Below, in pieces: positions 26,950-40,288 of a stretch of 64,000 nt of DNA. The translations under genes and the position numbers were made by a program. The stretch comes from the human T2T-CHM13v2.0 reference genome, Homo sapiens. Each line of letters opens with the position of its first letter. The stretch's first letter is position 1. The stretch lies in the NCBI RefSeq assembly GCF_009914755.1, contig NC_060931.1, one strand, 5' to 3'. A model generated the notes under the pieces. The model worked only from the letters and a program-made list of their open reading frames with translations, did no database searches and was not told the origin of the DNA.

Positions 26950-27700
26950 TTGCTGAACCCACAATTGTTTCCTACTCCCCACCCTAACATAATTGAATTA
27001 TTGTGGCATTAAAAAGTACCCAGGCAAGGCCTTAGTTTAAATCTAACCAGCCTTACATTAACCTGGTCTGTCTGTGCTGTTGCCTTAGCTCATTTTCTTC
27101 TCTGTTTGGTGCTATGACTAACTCATTCCCAATGAAGCCTCTGATATTTCAAGCTGAGAGAAGCTAAGGAGCTGAAACTCTTGTTAAACAATTCATTAGC
27201 TTTTCACAGGGCAGAGATAAGGTGATCACATTCTTCAACTCACAACATAAAGTGCAAAAGTATTTCAGACCTAGTGAGCCTTTCTCTTTTTCCTTAATTT
27301 TCCCTTATCCTTTTCTCCTAGGTGTTTCTTTCTCCCCTCCCTCCATCTCTCCACTTAATTGTTCACATGTAAACCTTACTGAAGGTCAAGTATATATTGC
27401 ATTAATTAAATAAAATCCAATGCTCTTTTCTTAATATTCAATCAGGTGTTTAAATACATTACATATAATATATGTTACATAAACAAGATATTTTGTCCAG
27501 ACAGGAGTCTGGAAATTGATTGCTTTTGTTGGAAAGACTTATGGTCTTTGGATGATGTGTGGGTCTTCCTTCCCATAGCTCTTTTCATCCATGAGTGATG
27601 AGTTAATAGTAGATTAAAAGGCTCCCAGGAGAGAATGAATTTGGACTGCACTCCCTTTTGTGTGAGATAGCATTAAAACATTTCTGAGGTTTTTAGATAA
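26950..27700 (-). pseudogene. FN3 remnants including the best-preserved repeat
   Basis: GVQSKFILSWEPF (27616-27654) runs in frame to SISRLLSGQ, then a 1-nt frameshift to YLVYVTY; further on TRVSAP*LLSA*NI. Confidence 0.78.
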
Positions 27701-27719
27701 CCCCAAATAAAGCCAAAAA

Positions 27720-27900
27720 GGCAGGCAATAGTAACCTCCATGAAAGAGGGATCATGTTGAATTTTTTCACTACTGTACTCTACATTGCCTAGCGTAATAT
27801 CTAGCATGTAAATATTTGTGGATGAAGGGAAGGTGAGCAGGAAGGAAAGAAGTAGAGAGGATGGAAGACAGGGAAATAAATGGAAGGAAGAACGTGAGAA
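27720..27900 (+). mobile_element. L2 3' end
   Basis: ctccatgaaagagggatcatg...cctagcgtaatatctagc...aaatatttgtggatgaa. Confidence 0.65.
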
Positions 27901-27914
27901 AGAAAAAAAATCAT

Positions 27915-28686
27915 ACTTAGGGCACGATCACTGTATATGGAGTGGGCGGTGTAGGCTGATACTCTGAACCTAGCATCTGTCTGTTGAAGAGGAAGGCTAC
28001 TGTAGTCACAGCAGACTGGGGCTGATGCTAGAATCCTCTTGGGTCCAAGGACTCAGCTTCAGGAAAGTGGCCCACTTTGTGTATTATCACACCCGGCTCC
28101 CAGTGATTCTTGCTGTAACTTGTGTCTTTGTAACAGGACTCTCTGGAAGAGAATATCCTCCTTCACACTTTGATGGACCAAATTTCAGGGGGAGTGGCAG
28201 AGCTCTGCACTTGGGACAGAGGTGTCCTCAAGGAATGCACTAGGTTAGCAAGAGAAAGGGCCTTGATTATCTACCATAGCTGTAGACCTGTAAGACTTCA
28301 ATGGCACCAGGGCTCCATCGGAGGCAGTAAGTGGCCTACCCAAGAGCACCTTCTGAAAAGTCTGGCTTGAAGGAGTATAATGGAGTTGCATCTCTCCAGC
28401 ACAGTGTCATAGATGTGTAGCAAGACAGACAGGCTCAGGATTAAATGTGACCAAAACTGCAGATTCTAGGGATTATCTGGGTAAGGAAAGCCTGGGTAAA
28501 GTCTAGATTTTCTACTAGTTTAGGAGATGGGAGCCCGTACATCTTGTGTTCTGTGTATTTTGTTTGTATTATTTTCTTAGCCACAAGTTGTTGAAGTCTG
28601 AAAATATGGACTTTCATGTCATCCTTCATTACCTTCCACAGTGTGATCTCAGAGGCAAGCAATGCACTAGCATCTGGCCTAATGTG
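27915..28686 (-). pseudogene. FN3 remnants
   Basis: ORF 28441..28662 ASEITLWKV...QTKYTEHKMYGLPS; VTARITG/EPGV; RFRVSAYTAHS. Confidence 0.62.
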
Positions 28687-28690
28687 TTAC

Positions 28691-30636
28691 TGATGGCAGC
28701 GGTGGGCCATCCAGAGCAGCTGTTGCCATTACACCTGCTACAGCAAGGAGGCACAAGTGGTAGCAGCAGGAGAGGCTGCAGGGCAGCAGTGGTGGCCATG
28801 GGACCCCTGTGCCCTGCGTCCCCAAGGAAGCTGACTGCACTGCCCCCACCTTCACGCAGCCGGGCAGTACCCACTCCAGGCCCCGGCCCCGCTTGCCACT
28901 CTTGACAGCCACTGCTATGGGGAGTTCATGGGGAAGAGGCGAATAGTCCCTAGAGACTTCCCCTGGGGGACCCCCTGGAGCCTACCACCCTGGGGGCCAC
29001 CATGATGGGGCCGGGCCAAGTTGCCTACAGGCAGGGGAACAATGTGGTTGGGCACAGAGGGGTGACCAGAGAGGGGACTCGAGGCGGAGCCGGGCCTGGG
29101 GTGGTACCATGCTTCAGGGAGCCTGCAAGAGCCCTGGACAAGCGGGAGACCCACCCCCTCTGAGTTAGCTGGGTGGGAGCTCCCTGGGTGCAGCTGCAGC
29201 TGCTCTGCCCCATCTCTGGACCCAGGCATCTCTGTGTTCCTGGGGGCCCAGGAAGGCCCCTCTGACCCCTGCAGGCTTGGAGGTGCCTGCTTCCACTGCC
29301 TGGCTTCTCCCCACTGTCAGTGTATGCTCTGATCTTGGAGTAAGGTTGGGGCCAAGCCTGAGCACTGTTGCAGTTTGGCCAGGGGCATATGCTCAGGGCA
29401 GCAGTGACCCACCAACCCCTTGCTGCCTCGGCTCCCTCTAAACTTTGGCTGTGGACAAGCACAGGAGGGAGGCACAAGGGGTGCTGAGGACAGCGGGGTA
29501 CTGGCCTGCAGGCGCCCCTTGGCATGAACGGTCTGGGTGCGATGAATGGTGACAGGCGGCAGACAGGCTCCTGGGCAGAAGGGGGAAGGTCCTCAGTGAT
29601 GCCCTACCTTCAAGCTGAGGAGGGCCTGAACCCTGGGGGCTGGGAGCCATTCCCGCATACCAGAAGGTGAACTCGTAGCGCTTTTCCCTGGGCCCTCGTG
29701 GGTGCCCATGGACTGATCAACATGCACTTCCTCCCCTCTGAGGCCCATAAAAACCCCCAGACTCAGCCAGACTCAAGCAGAGGACAGACAGATGATGGGG
29801 AGATGACCAGATGACAAGCTGCAGAGAGGAGCTGCCCACCCCAGGGTCTCCTCTCTGCTGAAAGTTGAGGAGACAATGGGATGACCAAATGCAGAGAGGA
29901 GCTACCCTCTCTGCTGAGAGATGAACACTCACTGGGATGCCCTGGCTACAGAGAGGAGCTGCCCACTGAGAGTCTCTTCTAAGCTGTTCTATTGCTCAGT
30001 AAAGCTCCTCTTTGTCTTGCTCACGCTCCACTTGTCTGCATATTTCATTCTTCCTGGACTCAGGACAAGACCTTGGTACCTGCTGAATGGCAAGGCTAAA
30101 AGCTGTAATAGAAACAGGGCTGAAACATGCCCCTTGCTTGCCACGTTGTGGGTGAAGAGAAGGAGAGAAAAGCTGTGGCCCTTCAGGGAGCCCAGCTCTG
30201 GGAGCTCCCTGAGCCAGGGCAGTGACTCCCTATTTGGGGCCCTGAAGTTCCTGACATCTCCAAGCTTCCAGGAGCTACTGCATTCGCTGGTGCCAGCTGG
30301 AGAAGCTGTTTGCAGTCCTCCTGGTCCAGCTGTAGCCTCACAGAGAGCCAGCACCCACACTGGCACCTGGAACTGCCTGCCCCGCAGCAGCAGCAGCCAG
30401 TGTGTCTTGCTGTGCACACTGGCCAGACCCCACACTCACTCACACTCACCACTCCACGCCTGACTCACAGTCTCCCTTGGAGGCATAGGATCCAGGCCAG
30501 TAGTGTAAGCCAAGTGCACCCTGCCAGGCCAAGTGGACAGAATGAGCCCAGCAGGCCCAGTGAAAATTCAGGCAAAGGTGCCACCAGCCATAGAGGCTTC
30601 CAGCCAGAAAAGCGACACCCCACGGATCCTGTAACA
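28691..30636 (+). mobile_element. MER52-family solo LTR (ERV1)
   Basis: TGATGGCAGCGG...GGATCCTGTAACA, GC-rich, 4-bp TSD TTAC. Confidence 0.9.
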
Positions 30637-30754
30637 TTACTATTTCCTTCTATCCAAAGATATGTGAAAAACCAGCCCAGGAATTATTGACCTGTCTTGT
30701 CCCTCTCAAGGTGCCTGTCACCCTACAATTCCAGTAGCTTGCGTCTACCAGTTT

Positions 30755-31870
30755 TTATCTTTTTATAATGCTTTTAAAATATAAAATACAATACATACAC
30801 AGAAAACTGAATAAAACCAAACCACATGTCTCAGTGAATTATTACAAAACAAGCACTGCGTGACCACCACACAGGTCAGGAGATGCAATACGGTTGGCAC
30901 ATCTGGGGGTCACTCCCCACCACACATGTATGTGCCCCGCTATACCAGCTCCCAACCACAAATCTCTCCTCTTGATAGCCACTCTGACTTTTAAGATAAA
31001 CTTTGTCTTGATTTTTTAAAATCATTTTCACCTAACAGTGTATTCCTAAACCTTTTAGTTTAGTTTTTGCCTGTTATTTTTCTAACTTTACATAAAAGAA
31101 ATCACTTTATCTCCACTTGAACTTTATCTGCTAGGCCACTTTTGAGTTTGCTTGTGAGAAGTATCTCCATTGTTATGGTTATCTGTAATTCACTTATTTT
31201 CATTGCTGAATAGCATTCCATTGCATGGACACACTATAACTTATGTATCTATTCTAGTATTAATGAATATATGGGTTGTTTCTAGCTTTAGCTATTATGC
31301 ACATTACTACTACAAATATGCTTTTATTTATGCCTTGTTGTAAATGGATGTGTATTTCCACTAAGTATGTAACCAAGAATGGAATTGGTAGATCATCTGG
31401 TATGCCTGTCTTCAAACATAGTAGATATTGCCTATCTGTTTTACAGGGTGGTTTAGGACACTACATGCCTCACAACAGTGTGCAAGAATCCTACAGCTTC
31501 AGACTCTTGCCAAGACCTGATATTCTGTTTCCTTTAAATTTAGTCATACTTATAGACAGATGTTGCTATCTTATCTTTAACTTGCATTTCCTAGATTAAT
31601 AGACCTAGATTTGCATTTCCATATTACTGGACCTAACTTGCATTTCCTAGATTATTAGGACCATTTTAACTTTTCTTCTTTGTATTGGTGAAGTAAGTCC
31701 ATGTTCAAATCACAAGCTCATTTTTTCTATTGGGTTGTATTTTTAATACTCATTGATTTGTAGGCTTTTTAAAAAAATAGCCATTCTAGACCATATACAA
31801 GCATTTCAATCATTATGTATATTGCAAATATCCTATCACATTCTGTGTCTTTGTTTTTCACTGTCTGAAT
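30755..31870 (-). mobile_element. L1ME-type 3' region
   Basis: Antisense old L1 3'UTR and ORF2 end (ttcattgctgaatagcattccattgcatg). Confidence 0.75.
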
Positions 31871-32503
31871 GCCCATAAAATTCTCATATCCAGTAGGAGA
31901 AGATACATGTAAATAAAACCTTTGTGCCAGGTTCTCTCATATACGTATGTTCAGGGTATTAAGAAATACAGAGAAGGAGTTGTCAATTAAATGTAGGAGG
32001 GATGAGAATTCAAAAAAATGTCATAGATGGGTAAAGTGAATATTGGAAACATGCATTCATATTTTTCAGGAAATTAAAGGAGCAAGGATCTCTATGCAAA
32101 AAAGCACTCTGAGTCCTCTGAAGCCCTATTTATGCAGCTGAGTGAGAGAGCAGTACTCTTGACTAGAGAAATTTTTCAAGGGAGGTCGGTGATGAATAGA
32201 GCCCTAAGTATAATTAAGGAAAGGTAAAAGAGGTCTCTGGGGTTTAGAGACATAGTTTCGCTTAGAATAAATATTCCCAGTGGTTTATAAAAAGAGTGAA
32301 CAGAAGTATAGTTGTCTTGGGGTGGAGTAGAGCTGAGCTAGATGGCAATGAGAGTGAGTTTAGGAAGTTGCAGATAGAAGGCAAAAAATACCAGAAGTTT
32401 GGCAAGTATTATAGGAAATAGATAACATACCAGCTTTAGAGTCACAGAGATCTTGGTTTAAATTCTGCCCCTCCTTTCCCTATTTTCTCTCTCTCTCTTT
32501 CTG

Positions 32504-32535
<32 letters not shown>

Positions 32536-32542
32536 ACACACA
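32504..32542. repeat. (CA)n microsatellite
   Basis: Seen directly. Confidence 0.95.
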
Positions 32543-32554
32543 GTGTCTATGGCA

Positions 32555-33079
32555 TGTAATGCAGACTTTTCAAAAAGTGGCTGGGAATGCTTTCTCTCAG
32601 TTCCCTGGACAATAAAATAACTCACAATGAGAGCTCTCGCTTTTCCTCTACAAAAAAAAGGTTCACACCTTTTTTGATGGTGTTACAGTGCTTTATTCAC
32701 CCGCAAAGGAGCAACTGCATCTTTCCATTGGTTCCAAGCTTCCCAGGTTTTGAGCAGCTGGCTTCCTCAGAAAACTCTGGAAAACAGCTGACAATTATAC
32801 CTGTTATACAAATAGCCTGTCTGCAGAGTCTCTTCTTCTTGCTCTATAAGAACAGAGACCAATCACAGGCAATGTTGCTTTAATGTAATATAAACCCACT
32901 ATGTATCCAGCAAGGGACTGGCCCTGGCTTACCTCTCTGTGGGAGGCCAAGAGGCTTCAGGAATGTGTGCCTCTCTTGCTGACACCAGCCTATAAATTTC
33001 CCCCAATAAAGCCTGTTCCTTAACCAAATGATTCTGTGGAATTTGTCTTGAGCCCTGTGCACAATGGTAACTTGAGACA
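32555..33079 (+). mobile_element. Old solo LTR (probably ERV1), inserted in a MIR
   Basis: TG...CA ends, CCAAT, TATAAA, AATAAA at 33005; TSD ggca/agca; MIR text on both sides. Confidence 0.65.
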
Positions 33080-33399
33080 AGCAACAACCATTCTTAGCCT
33101 CGGTATCCTCATCTGTAAAAGAGGAATTATGCCAACAACAATAAGTTATTGTGAAGGCTGAGCAAGATAATATATTTAAAATGTTTTAGCACTGGGCCTA
33201 TTTTACATGGCTAATAGAAGAAAATGTACTTATGGCTAAAATAATGAAAGCTGAGTAGCCTCAATTTCTCAACTGAATGATAATGTTATGGCGCTGATCT
33301 CAAAAAAATCATTCACTAGATAACTGAAGACTGCCAGTAGAGTGTATGTGTGTCAGGGGTGAGAAGGTTGGGATCTAGGGGGTGGCTGGAAAGGATTTT

Positions 33400-33873
33400 C
33401 CAAAAGAGATTTGCGGAATGAGAGGGACTGGCCAGAAGCAGATATACTCTGCCAATTTATCTCATCAACAATTGTAGATTGCATTTTCACTTGTAATAAT
33501 GACCCAATAGCTATTTTAATTATGTTTATATATACATATACAGTTTATGTATATAACAAATATATAAGCAGAAGCTTCTGCATGACCATGGGTAAAATTG
33601 TTCTTATGCTACTGGACTCAGAGAGGCTATATGTTTCTATTACAGTAGTTGGACTGAATAAATACGTTCTGGCGGGGAGGGTCTGTTTTCCTGTGTTTAA
33701 GCTGTAAAGTGGGAGATTCTCTATAGAGCAGATTATAAGGAAGTTGGCCCGAGGATGACATAAAAGATAAACTGTGTGTAAATAAAGTAGTCAAAGCAAA
33801 CTAAGGTTTCCAGGGCTAAACTTCTTGTGTTGGAGCTGGGAATTGCTTCTGATTTTATTCCTACTGCTACTAG
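33400..33873 (-). pseudogene. FN3 remnants left of the MER52 insertion
   Basis: LVAVGIKSEAIPSSNT, then SPGNLSLL*LLYLHTVYLLCHP (A/B-strand pattern, W->C). Confidence 0.6.
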
Positions 33874-35375
33874 TGTCACAGGATCCTTGGAGTGTTGCTT
33901 TTCTGGCTGAAAACCTCTGTGGCTGATGGCGCCTTTGCCTGAGTTTTGCTCGGGCCCGCTAGGCTCATTATGCCCACTCGGCCTGGCAGGCTGCGCTCAG
34001 CTCGCGCTACTGGCCTGGTTCCCACGCATGCCAAGGGCAAGGCAGGCACGGAGTGGTGAGGGGTATGTGAGCAAGCAAGCGTGGGATCCAGCAACTGTGC
34101 ACAGCCAGGCACGCTGGCTGTGGCGGGGTGGGCAGCTCCAGGCACCTGCATGGGTGCCACCTCCCTGCAAGGCTGTAGCTGAACCAGGCATACCACAAGC
34201 AGTTTCCACGGCTGGCACTGGGGAACGCAGTGGTGCCCAGAAGCTTGAAGACACCAGGAACCGCAGAGCCCCAAGAGTGTGTCACATCCCTGGCTCAGGG
34301 AGTTCCTTGGTCTGGGCTCCCCAAAGGGCCGCAGCTCTTCTCTGCTTCTAGTAGACCACAACATGGTGAGCAAGGGGTGTGTTTTGGCCCTGTGTGTGTT
34401 ACAGCTCTTTCAGCCCCACCATTTGGTGGGTCTCCAGTTCTTGTCCCACATCCAGGAAGAATGAGGTACGCAGACAAGTGAAGGGTGAGCAAGGCAAAGG
34501 GTGCTTTACTAAACAACTCAGAGGAGACCTGCAGTGGGTAGCTTTTCTCTGCAGGCAGGGCATCCCATTGTCTGCTCAGCTCTCAGCAAAGAGGAGACCC
34601 ATAATGTGTAGCTCCTCTCTGACCAAATGATGGTCAGCTCATCATTTGCCTGAGTCGCTTGAATCCAGGGTTTTTATGGGCTTCAGAGGGGAGGTAGTGA
34701 ATGCTGATTGGTCCATGGGCAGCCATGGGTGGGCCCAGAAAAAGCACGGCAAGTTCTCACTCCTATCTGCAGAACTGGCCTGAAGGCGGGGTTTCACCGG
34801 GGAACTGCCCCTTTCCACCCAGGAGCCTGTCTGCCTCCCATTGTCATTAACCTGCCATTTACAGTGCCCATGGCGTCCAGGCTATTCATGCCAAGGGGTG
34901 CCTGCAAGCCAACACTGAGCTGCCCTTAGCCCCTTCTTGGCCTCCCTCTCATGCTGGTCAGTGCCCAAAGTCCAGAGGGGGCTAAGGTGGCAGGGGGCTG
35001 GTGTGTTAGTGCTGCCCCAAGTGTGCATGCATGCACCTGGCCAGGTTGCGACAGTGCCTGGGCTCAGCCTTAACTTTGCTCTGAAATCAGAGCAGGCACC
35101 GGGAGTGGGGAGAGGCCAGGCAGAGGGAGCAGGTACTTCTGATCCTGCAGGGGCAAAGGGGCTTCCCAGGCCCCCAAAAGTGCAGAGATGCCTGAGTCCG
35201 CAGCCGCAGCTAGGTCGCTGCAGTGGTGCCTGGGGGAGTGAGGTTCCTGCCCCTCCAACTTGGAAGGGGGCAGGGCTTCCATCTGTTCCTGAGAGGGCTC
35301 AGCCCTGGCCACACCTCCCCTACTGCAGCCAGTGTCATGGCAACAGCCACTCCAGACAGGCCGTTGCTGTTATCA
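33874..35375 (-). mobile_element. MER52-family solo LTR (ERV1)
   Basis: Reverse-complement homolog of 28691-30636; TSD ctag/ttag. Confidence 0.9.
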
Positions 35376-36720
35376 TTAGAGCTGGCCAGAAGAACCAACA
35401 CTTTAGTAATGAGTTAAGACAATATTGGAGGAATGAGAGTCTGTTTGGGCCCACCTGAAGGCATAATACTGGGGCCCCCACAAGGATGAAAGTAAGCATG
35501 CAAGCAGGAGGGTAAGAGTGGAGCAGATAAACTTCAGTGTTGCCCTTAATTACAAACGTAGCTGGCTGGGTGAAAGAGACACCAACCCCTAAAATACACC
35601 TGACAGATCTGCTCACTCAAGGAATTCTACTCAGTGAGAATTTAATCCTGGTAGACTACCTAGATCTTCGGGCCCTTTTAAATGCAAATGACACAAAGAA
35701 TGACAGAAACCTCATTGTAAACTTACATTTAGGTCTGAGCATGAAGGACTGTATGGAGTTCTTTCTCAATGGCAAGTTTAGGGTAGGATGGAGGGAAGAT
35801 CAGAGCTTTGGAATTCTGAAGGAGAGGGAAACATGCTGAAAAGAAAGAGAACTGGAGGGGAAAGCCAGGAATAGAAAAGAAAATGTTGCCCATTCACAAT
35901 GGGAATTAAGCTTTTCCTATAATAAAGACCTTGACACAGAAGTGAGTGGGCTAACGAACTTTCTCCATCCAACAGTTAGTTCTATGTGTATCACTAAAGT
36001 TATAAACACATTCTTGAGTACCAGAATTTTAATTTTGATACCACAACCTTTGAAATTCTACTATAATTGGGTCAAACTCTGGAACAGTAGCAGATATGCT
36101 GACTTGCTATAGAATGAGAGTGACAAAGAATGATGAGGAAATGCCTGAGGTTGAGTCCCAAAGTACTCTAAGTGTCCCCCACCAAGGACAGTGATGACTA
36201 AGGCCCTCTCCATGTCCTTGATGTCAACATTAGATGATGTGTGTTAAAAATGTTGAGAATGGAGGGGACTATCTTCAGGACATGGCATTACTCTCCACAT
36301 GGAAGGTGTGTTCAATATGCCATCCTGGGAAGATTGAATTCTTGCAGCAGCACATAATGGAAAAATACTACAGCACTAAGCAGTAAACTGAGAATATATC
36401 AGAATCCCAAAGACTACATCTAATATTGCTTAACTGTAGAATGTAGTTATACACTGTTCTGACTGGAAAAAAAAATAAAACACTGCAATTTTTTCTCTTC
36501 CCTATTGAGGATGAGTTCCTTACTAACTTGGAATTCAGTTAAGGTTTAGTTTAACCAAACTATTCCTTAGGGAGTTGATTCCTATCAAAGGTCAAATCCT
36601 GAAAGAGTAAAATAATCACCTTCCAAATATCAATCTTGTAAAACAGAAGGAGGATCAGAAAATTAGTAGGTTATACTTTATGGGCAATTTCTCTTCACAG
36701 CTTAATGCTTTGTTTATATA
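35376..36720 (-). pseudogene. Tandem FN3 remnants
   Basis: SSFCFTRLIFGR*LFYSFRI (36595-36654), IFPGWHIEHTFHV..SPPFSTFLT, TLRVLWDSTSGISSSFFVTL..VPEFDPIIVEFQRL (from 36175), LCQGLYYRKSLIPIVNG, QYCLNSLLKC. Confidence 0.72.
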
Positions 36721-37049
36721 ACTATCCTTATTAAATTATTTTAGCAATAAGAATGGTGTTGCCTTCACCCCACTTCACTCTCCAAACCCTCAATAGGAAA
36801 AAGTTGGCTGGAAGAGTGAATAACATACTAATCGCCTCAAACTTCACTAAGATTAACTGGATATGTCACCTCCTCTAAAGATCACAGCAGTCATTCACTG
36901 GAATAACAAATGGCAAGACGGGAAACCAAATTGTCAACATGGGTACAAAGAATCTACTAATTTGCTTGAGGTTAGTGGGTAATAGGCAGTGTTATACTAA
37001 CATTATTATTCCTTTGTGATACATTTCCAACCAAATTTCTTTTATTAGA

Positions 37050-38030
37050 AATGCTTTTTTCTGATTATGAAAATAATAAATGCTCCTTATGAAAAATCAA
37101 AAATATATTTTAAAAATACAAGAAAACAATAATAATTAACAATAAGACTGGCAACCACAGATGATCATTGTAATGAATTAGCATTCTTCTTTCAGTGTTT
37201 TGGTGTATATAAGTACAATACATTACAGCATGTAGGTGCTTTGCAGTTTATGTGTATTAGCATGGTCTCATTTTGTTAAATTATTATAAGCAACAATATT
37301 AATGCCTGTATTATATTCCAATCTATTGACATTTATATATCCTTTGTTTTCTAACATAAAAAGCTTTTAAAATAGGTACAAATACTTTTTCTAAAAGTTT
37401 TACATTACTTCTTAGGGTAAAATTCTTGGAAGTAGTGTTTCTGAACCAAAGAGCAAGAAGAAAATATTTTGCCGAATTATTTTCTAGACAGTTTTCTTTG
37501 TTTTATAGTTTGTTTAATCTTTTGCTGGGCATATAAAATAGTAGTCTGATCTCTGTGCCTTCTTATCAATCCAAAATATTTCTTCTCAAAGTATTTTCTA
37601 TTTCAAAAGATGAAAAATATGTCTCAAGTTATGTTTCATTTATTACATCTAAGTCTTAATCATTTTCATAAATGTATCAGTCAAATGTAGTTTCTTTCAT
37701 AAATTGTTGGAATATGCCCTTTGTAAATTGCTATTTTAAGATTTTTTAAGATAGGTCATTAGAAATTTGTATGACCATTATAAATATTCAACGTATTAAA
37801 CGTTTCTCTTATATTTGAGGCAAATATTTCTCCCAACTATGTTTTTCTTATTTATTTATAAGAAAACAAACTAAACTATATATAGTTATATTTATTAACT
37901 AAATATAAATAGTTAGGTCTATTTATATTTCCCTATGTGATTCTGACTCAATTCCTCTACATTTAGAAAAATTCCTCCCCCTCTACAGATTAGACATGCA
38001 CCATCTAAAACATAGTACTTGCTTTTTAAT
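37050..38030 (-). mobile_element. Very old L1M fragment
   Basis: AT-rich antisense L1ME-like text. Confidence 0.5.
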
Positions 38031-38039
38031 TATTATTGT

Positions 38040-38760
38040 TAGAATTAAATGAAACTGAAACTTGTTAATGAAATTAGCTAACAAAATTTTCCACTGCTGA
38101 CCAGATATTATAAAAAACATTGAACCTATCATGTTTAATAGTGCATAGATTTTCCCAAGCTGGATAACTGTGAAATAGAGTGTAACCAATGATTTGAGTG
38201 TAACTGTGATTAAACTTTCCAATGTTGGAAGACACTTTTAATGGAAGCTATTATCTATATTTATAGCAGTTTCATTTTTTACTTCAGCTGTTACTTACTC
38301 AATTTTTTTCTTCTCTTTTTTGCAATTGATTTGCAAAATATTCCATTAATTGCCTTATAACTGTTATACATATGGAAAATTGTTAGCATGCCTTAAAGTG
38401 ATCAAGAAAGCTCTTGAGTGTTGAAATATACTAAGTCTTATTTTAGATCTACATTTCTCCTCTGGGTTCTGCTTAGGCAAAACTAGTTACATTTAATGAC
38501 GCTTTCATGCATTTGCTATTAAATTATATTAGTCTAGGTCAGTCAGAACCTTGAGATACGTTTGTCTCTTGAGGCTCCTTGTCTGGACTAGATGTCCATG
38601 CAATTCTTGTTCAGCTCCAAGTCCAGCCAGAGGCATTTAATGTGGCCAACAACAATGGTCTCATGCCTTGATTCTAACATGTATCTGGGGGTCTGAGCTT
38701 AAGAATGGAGAAACAGAATGTAAGTGGTCCTGTCAGTTGTTAAACTACTCTTTCCCTGCA
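38040..38760 (-). pseudogene. Weak FN3 remnants
   Basis: FSILKLRP/VRIKA; VTLYFTVIQLGKIYAL. Confidence 0.45.
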
Positions 38761-39039
38761 TCCCCAGTCTTGCCTCATAGATATCCTCGGAATAAAATAT
38801 CATGATTTTTAAGCATCTCAGTTTGTACTAGGATTGCATTGATGGGTGGCTTTTCCAACAGAGGAGGAATAGAGATGGGAGGGACTGAGATGCCTATATT
38901 CGAGAAAAACTATTTCTAGGCAGATAGCCAAATCTTGATCCATCAAAATACTAAATTAGTAATATATTAAAACATTTTTAAAGGGAATTCTGTTATTATT
39001 ATGAAGAAAATGAGAAAAGAATAATATTCCATACTGATA

Positions 39040-39970
39040 TCTTCTATCATTTGGAAATACCTACTTTCTTCCAAGAACTGTATAATGTACTAGAGACATA
39101 AGATTAAAATATATGGTCCCTGTTTCCAAATAGCTCATAGCATGGAGACCAGGCTGACCAGGAAACAGTATCAGCTATGAAACGGAAGTACTGAATTACA
39201 AGGAGTAGATGGAATGACTGCCTAGCTGAAACTGTAAACATCAAGAAGAATTCCTGGATAATGTGCCCTATGAATTGAGTTTTACAGGAAGAGAATCTCA
39301 GGCAGAAGAAAGCATATTAGAAGGCCCAATGCTGTGAGAAATAACCTATTTACCTCCCTGCAAGTATTTCAGCAAAGGTCTTAATTGGTCAGTGACAATT
39401 AAGTAAAATGAAGGGCTTAGGAGGTCCAGATGATTAAGGTTTTTATTCGGCTTGCTAAGGATTTTGGACTTTATGCTAAGCCAATAAAAAGGTATTGAAA
39501 GACTTTAAGTAGTCAAGGATGTATGATCAGATTTGCATTTTAGAAAAATTTCTCTGGCCACAATTACGTAAAAAACAGAGAAGGATGGGGCGGGGGACAC
39601 ATTAGCACAAAAGAATAGTTAGAGGACAATTCTTGGCCATTCAGGAAAGAAATGAGGAGGGTCTTAAGTAGAGAGAGTGTTTCTGAAGAAAGATATTAAA
39701 GAGCCATAAGAGGCAACATATGATCACTGATTATAAGGTTGGAGAGACAGGGATAAAGAAAAGGGTGAAGGCAACCCAGCTTTCTGGCTTTTACAACCAG
39801 GTAAAATGTGATGACGTTCACAGAAGCAGGGAGTAACAGTGTGAAAGAAGGCTTGATTGAAGGTAGAATACAAATAGCTTGAGTTACCTGTGAAATGCAC
39901 AAGTGGATACACAGGGCTGGGACTAGGGTGAAGTGAGTGATGCATGGAATTGGATGCAAAATTTAAGAAA
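39040..39970 (-). mobile_element. L2
   Basis: ggattttggactttatgc..tgatcagatttgcattttagaaaaatttctctggc. Confidence 0.75.
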
Positions 39971-39993
39971 CAAAAACTCTTTGAAAAAATGCA

Positions 39994-40288
39994 TTTTATT
40001 TTAAGTCTGGGATACATAAGTAGGATGTGCAGGTTTGTTACACAGGTAAACGTCTGTCATGGTGGTTTGCTGCACCTATCAACCCATCACCTAGGTATTA
40101 AGCCCCGCATGTATTAGCTATTTGATATTGATGCTCTCTCTTTCCCTGCCCCCTACTCCTGACAGGCCCCAGTGTGTGTTGTTCCCCTCCCTGTATCCAT
40201 CTGTTCTCATCGTTCAGCTCCCACTTACAAGTGAGAACATGCGGTCTTTGATTTTCTGTTCCTGTGTTAGTTTGCTGAGGATAATGAC
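39994..40288 (-). mobile_element. L1PA (about PA7-8) 3' end
   Basis: Antisense 3'UTR (ggtggtttgctgcacctatcaaccc). Confidence 0.9.

Noticed and set aside
27915-28060. Class II cytokine-receptor-like CDYSSL..RFRVSA
   Set aside because: Fits a generic FN3 F-strand; not enough to assign that family.
28137-28326. Plus-strand candidate exon (ttgtaacAG...GTAAGT, open frame DSLEENILL...)
   Set aside because: No recognisable protein and no partner exons; better explained as antisense of the FN3 fossil. A lncRNA exon cannot be excluded.
28691-35375. MER52 pair as one provirus
   Set aside because: Opposite orientation, separate TSDs, no internal ERV sequence.
28546-35458. Dense overlapping ORFs on both strands
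   Set aside because: They fall within GC-rich MER52 LTRs where stop codons are rare; no protein-family signal.
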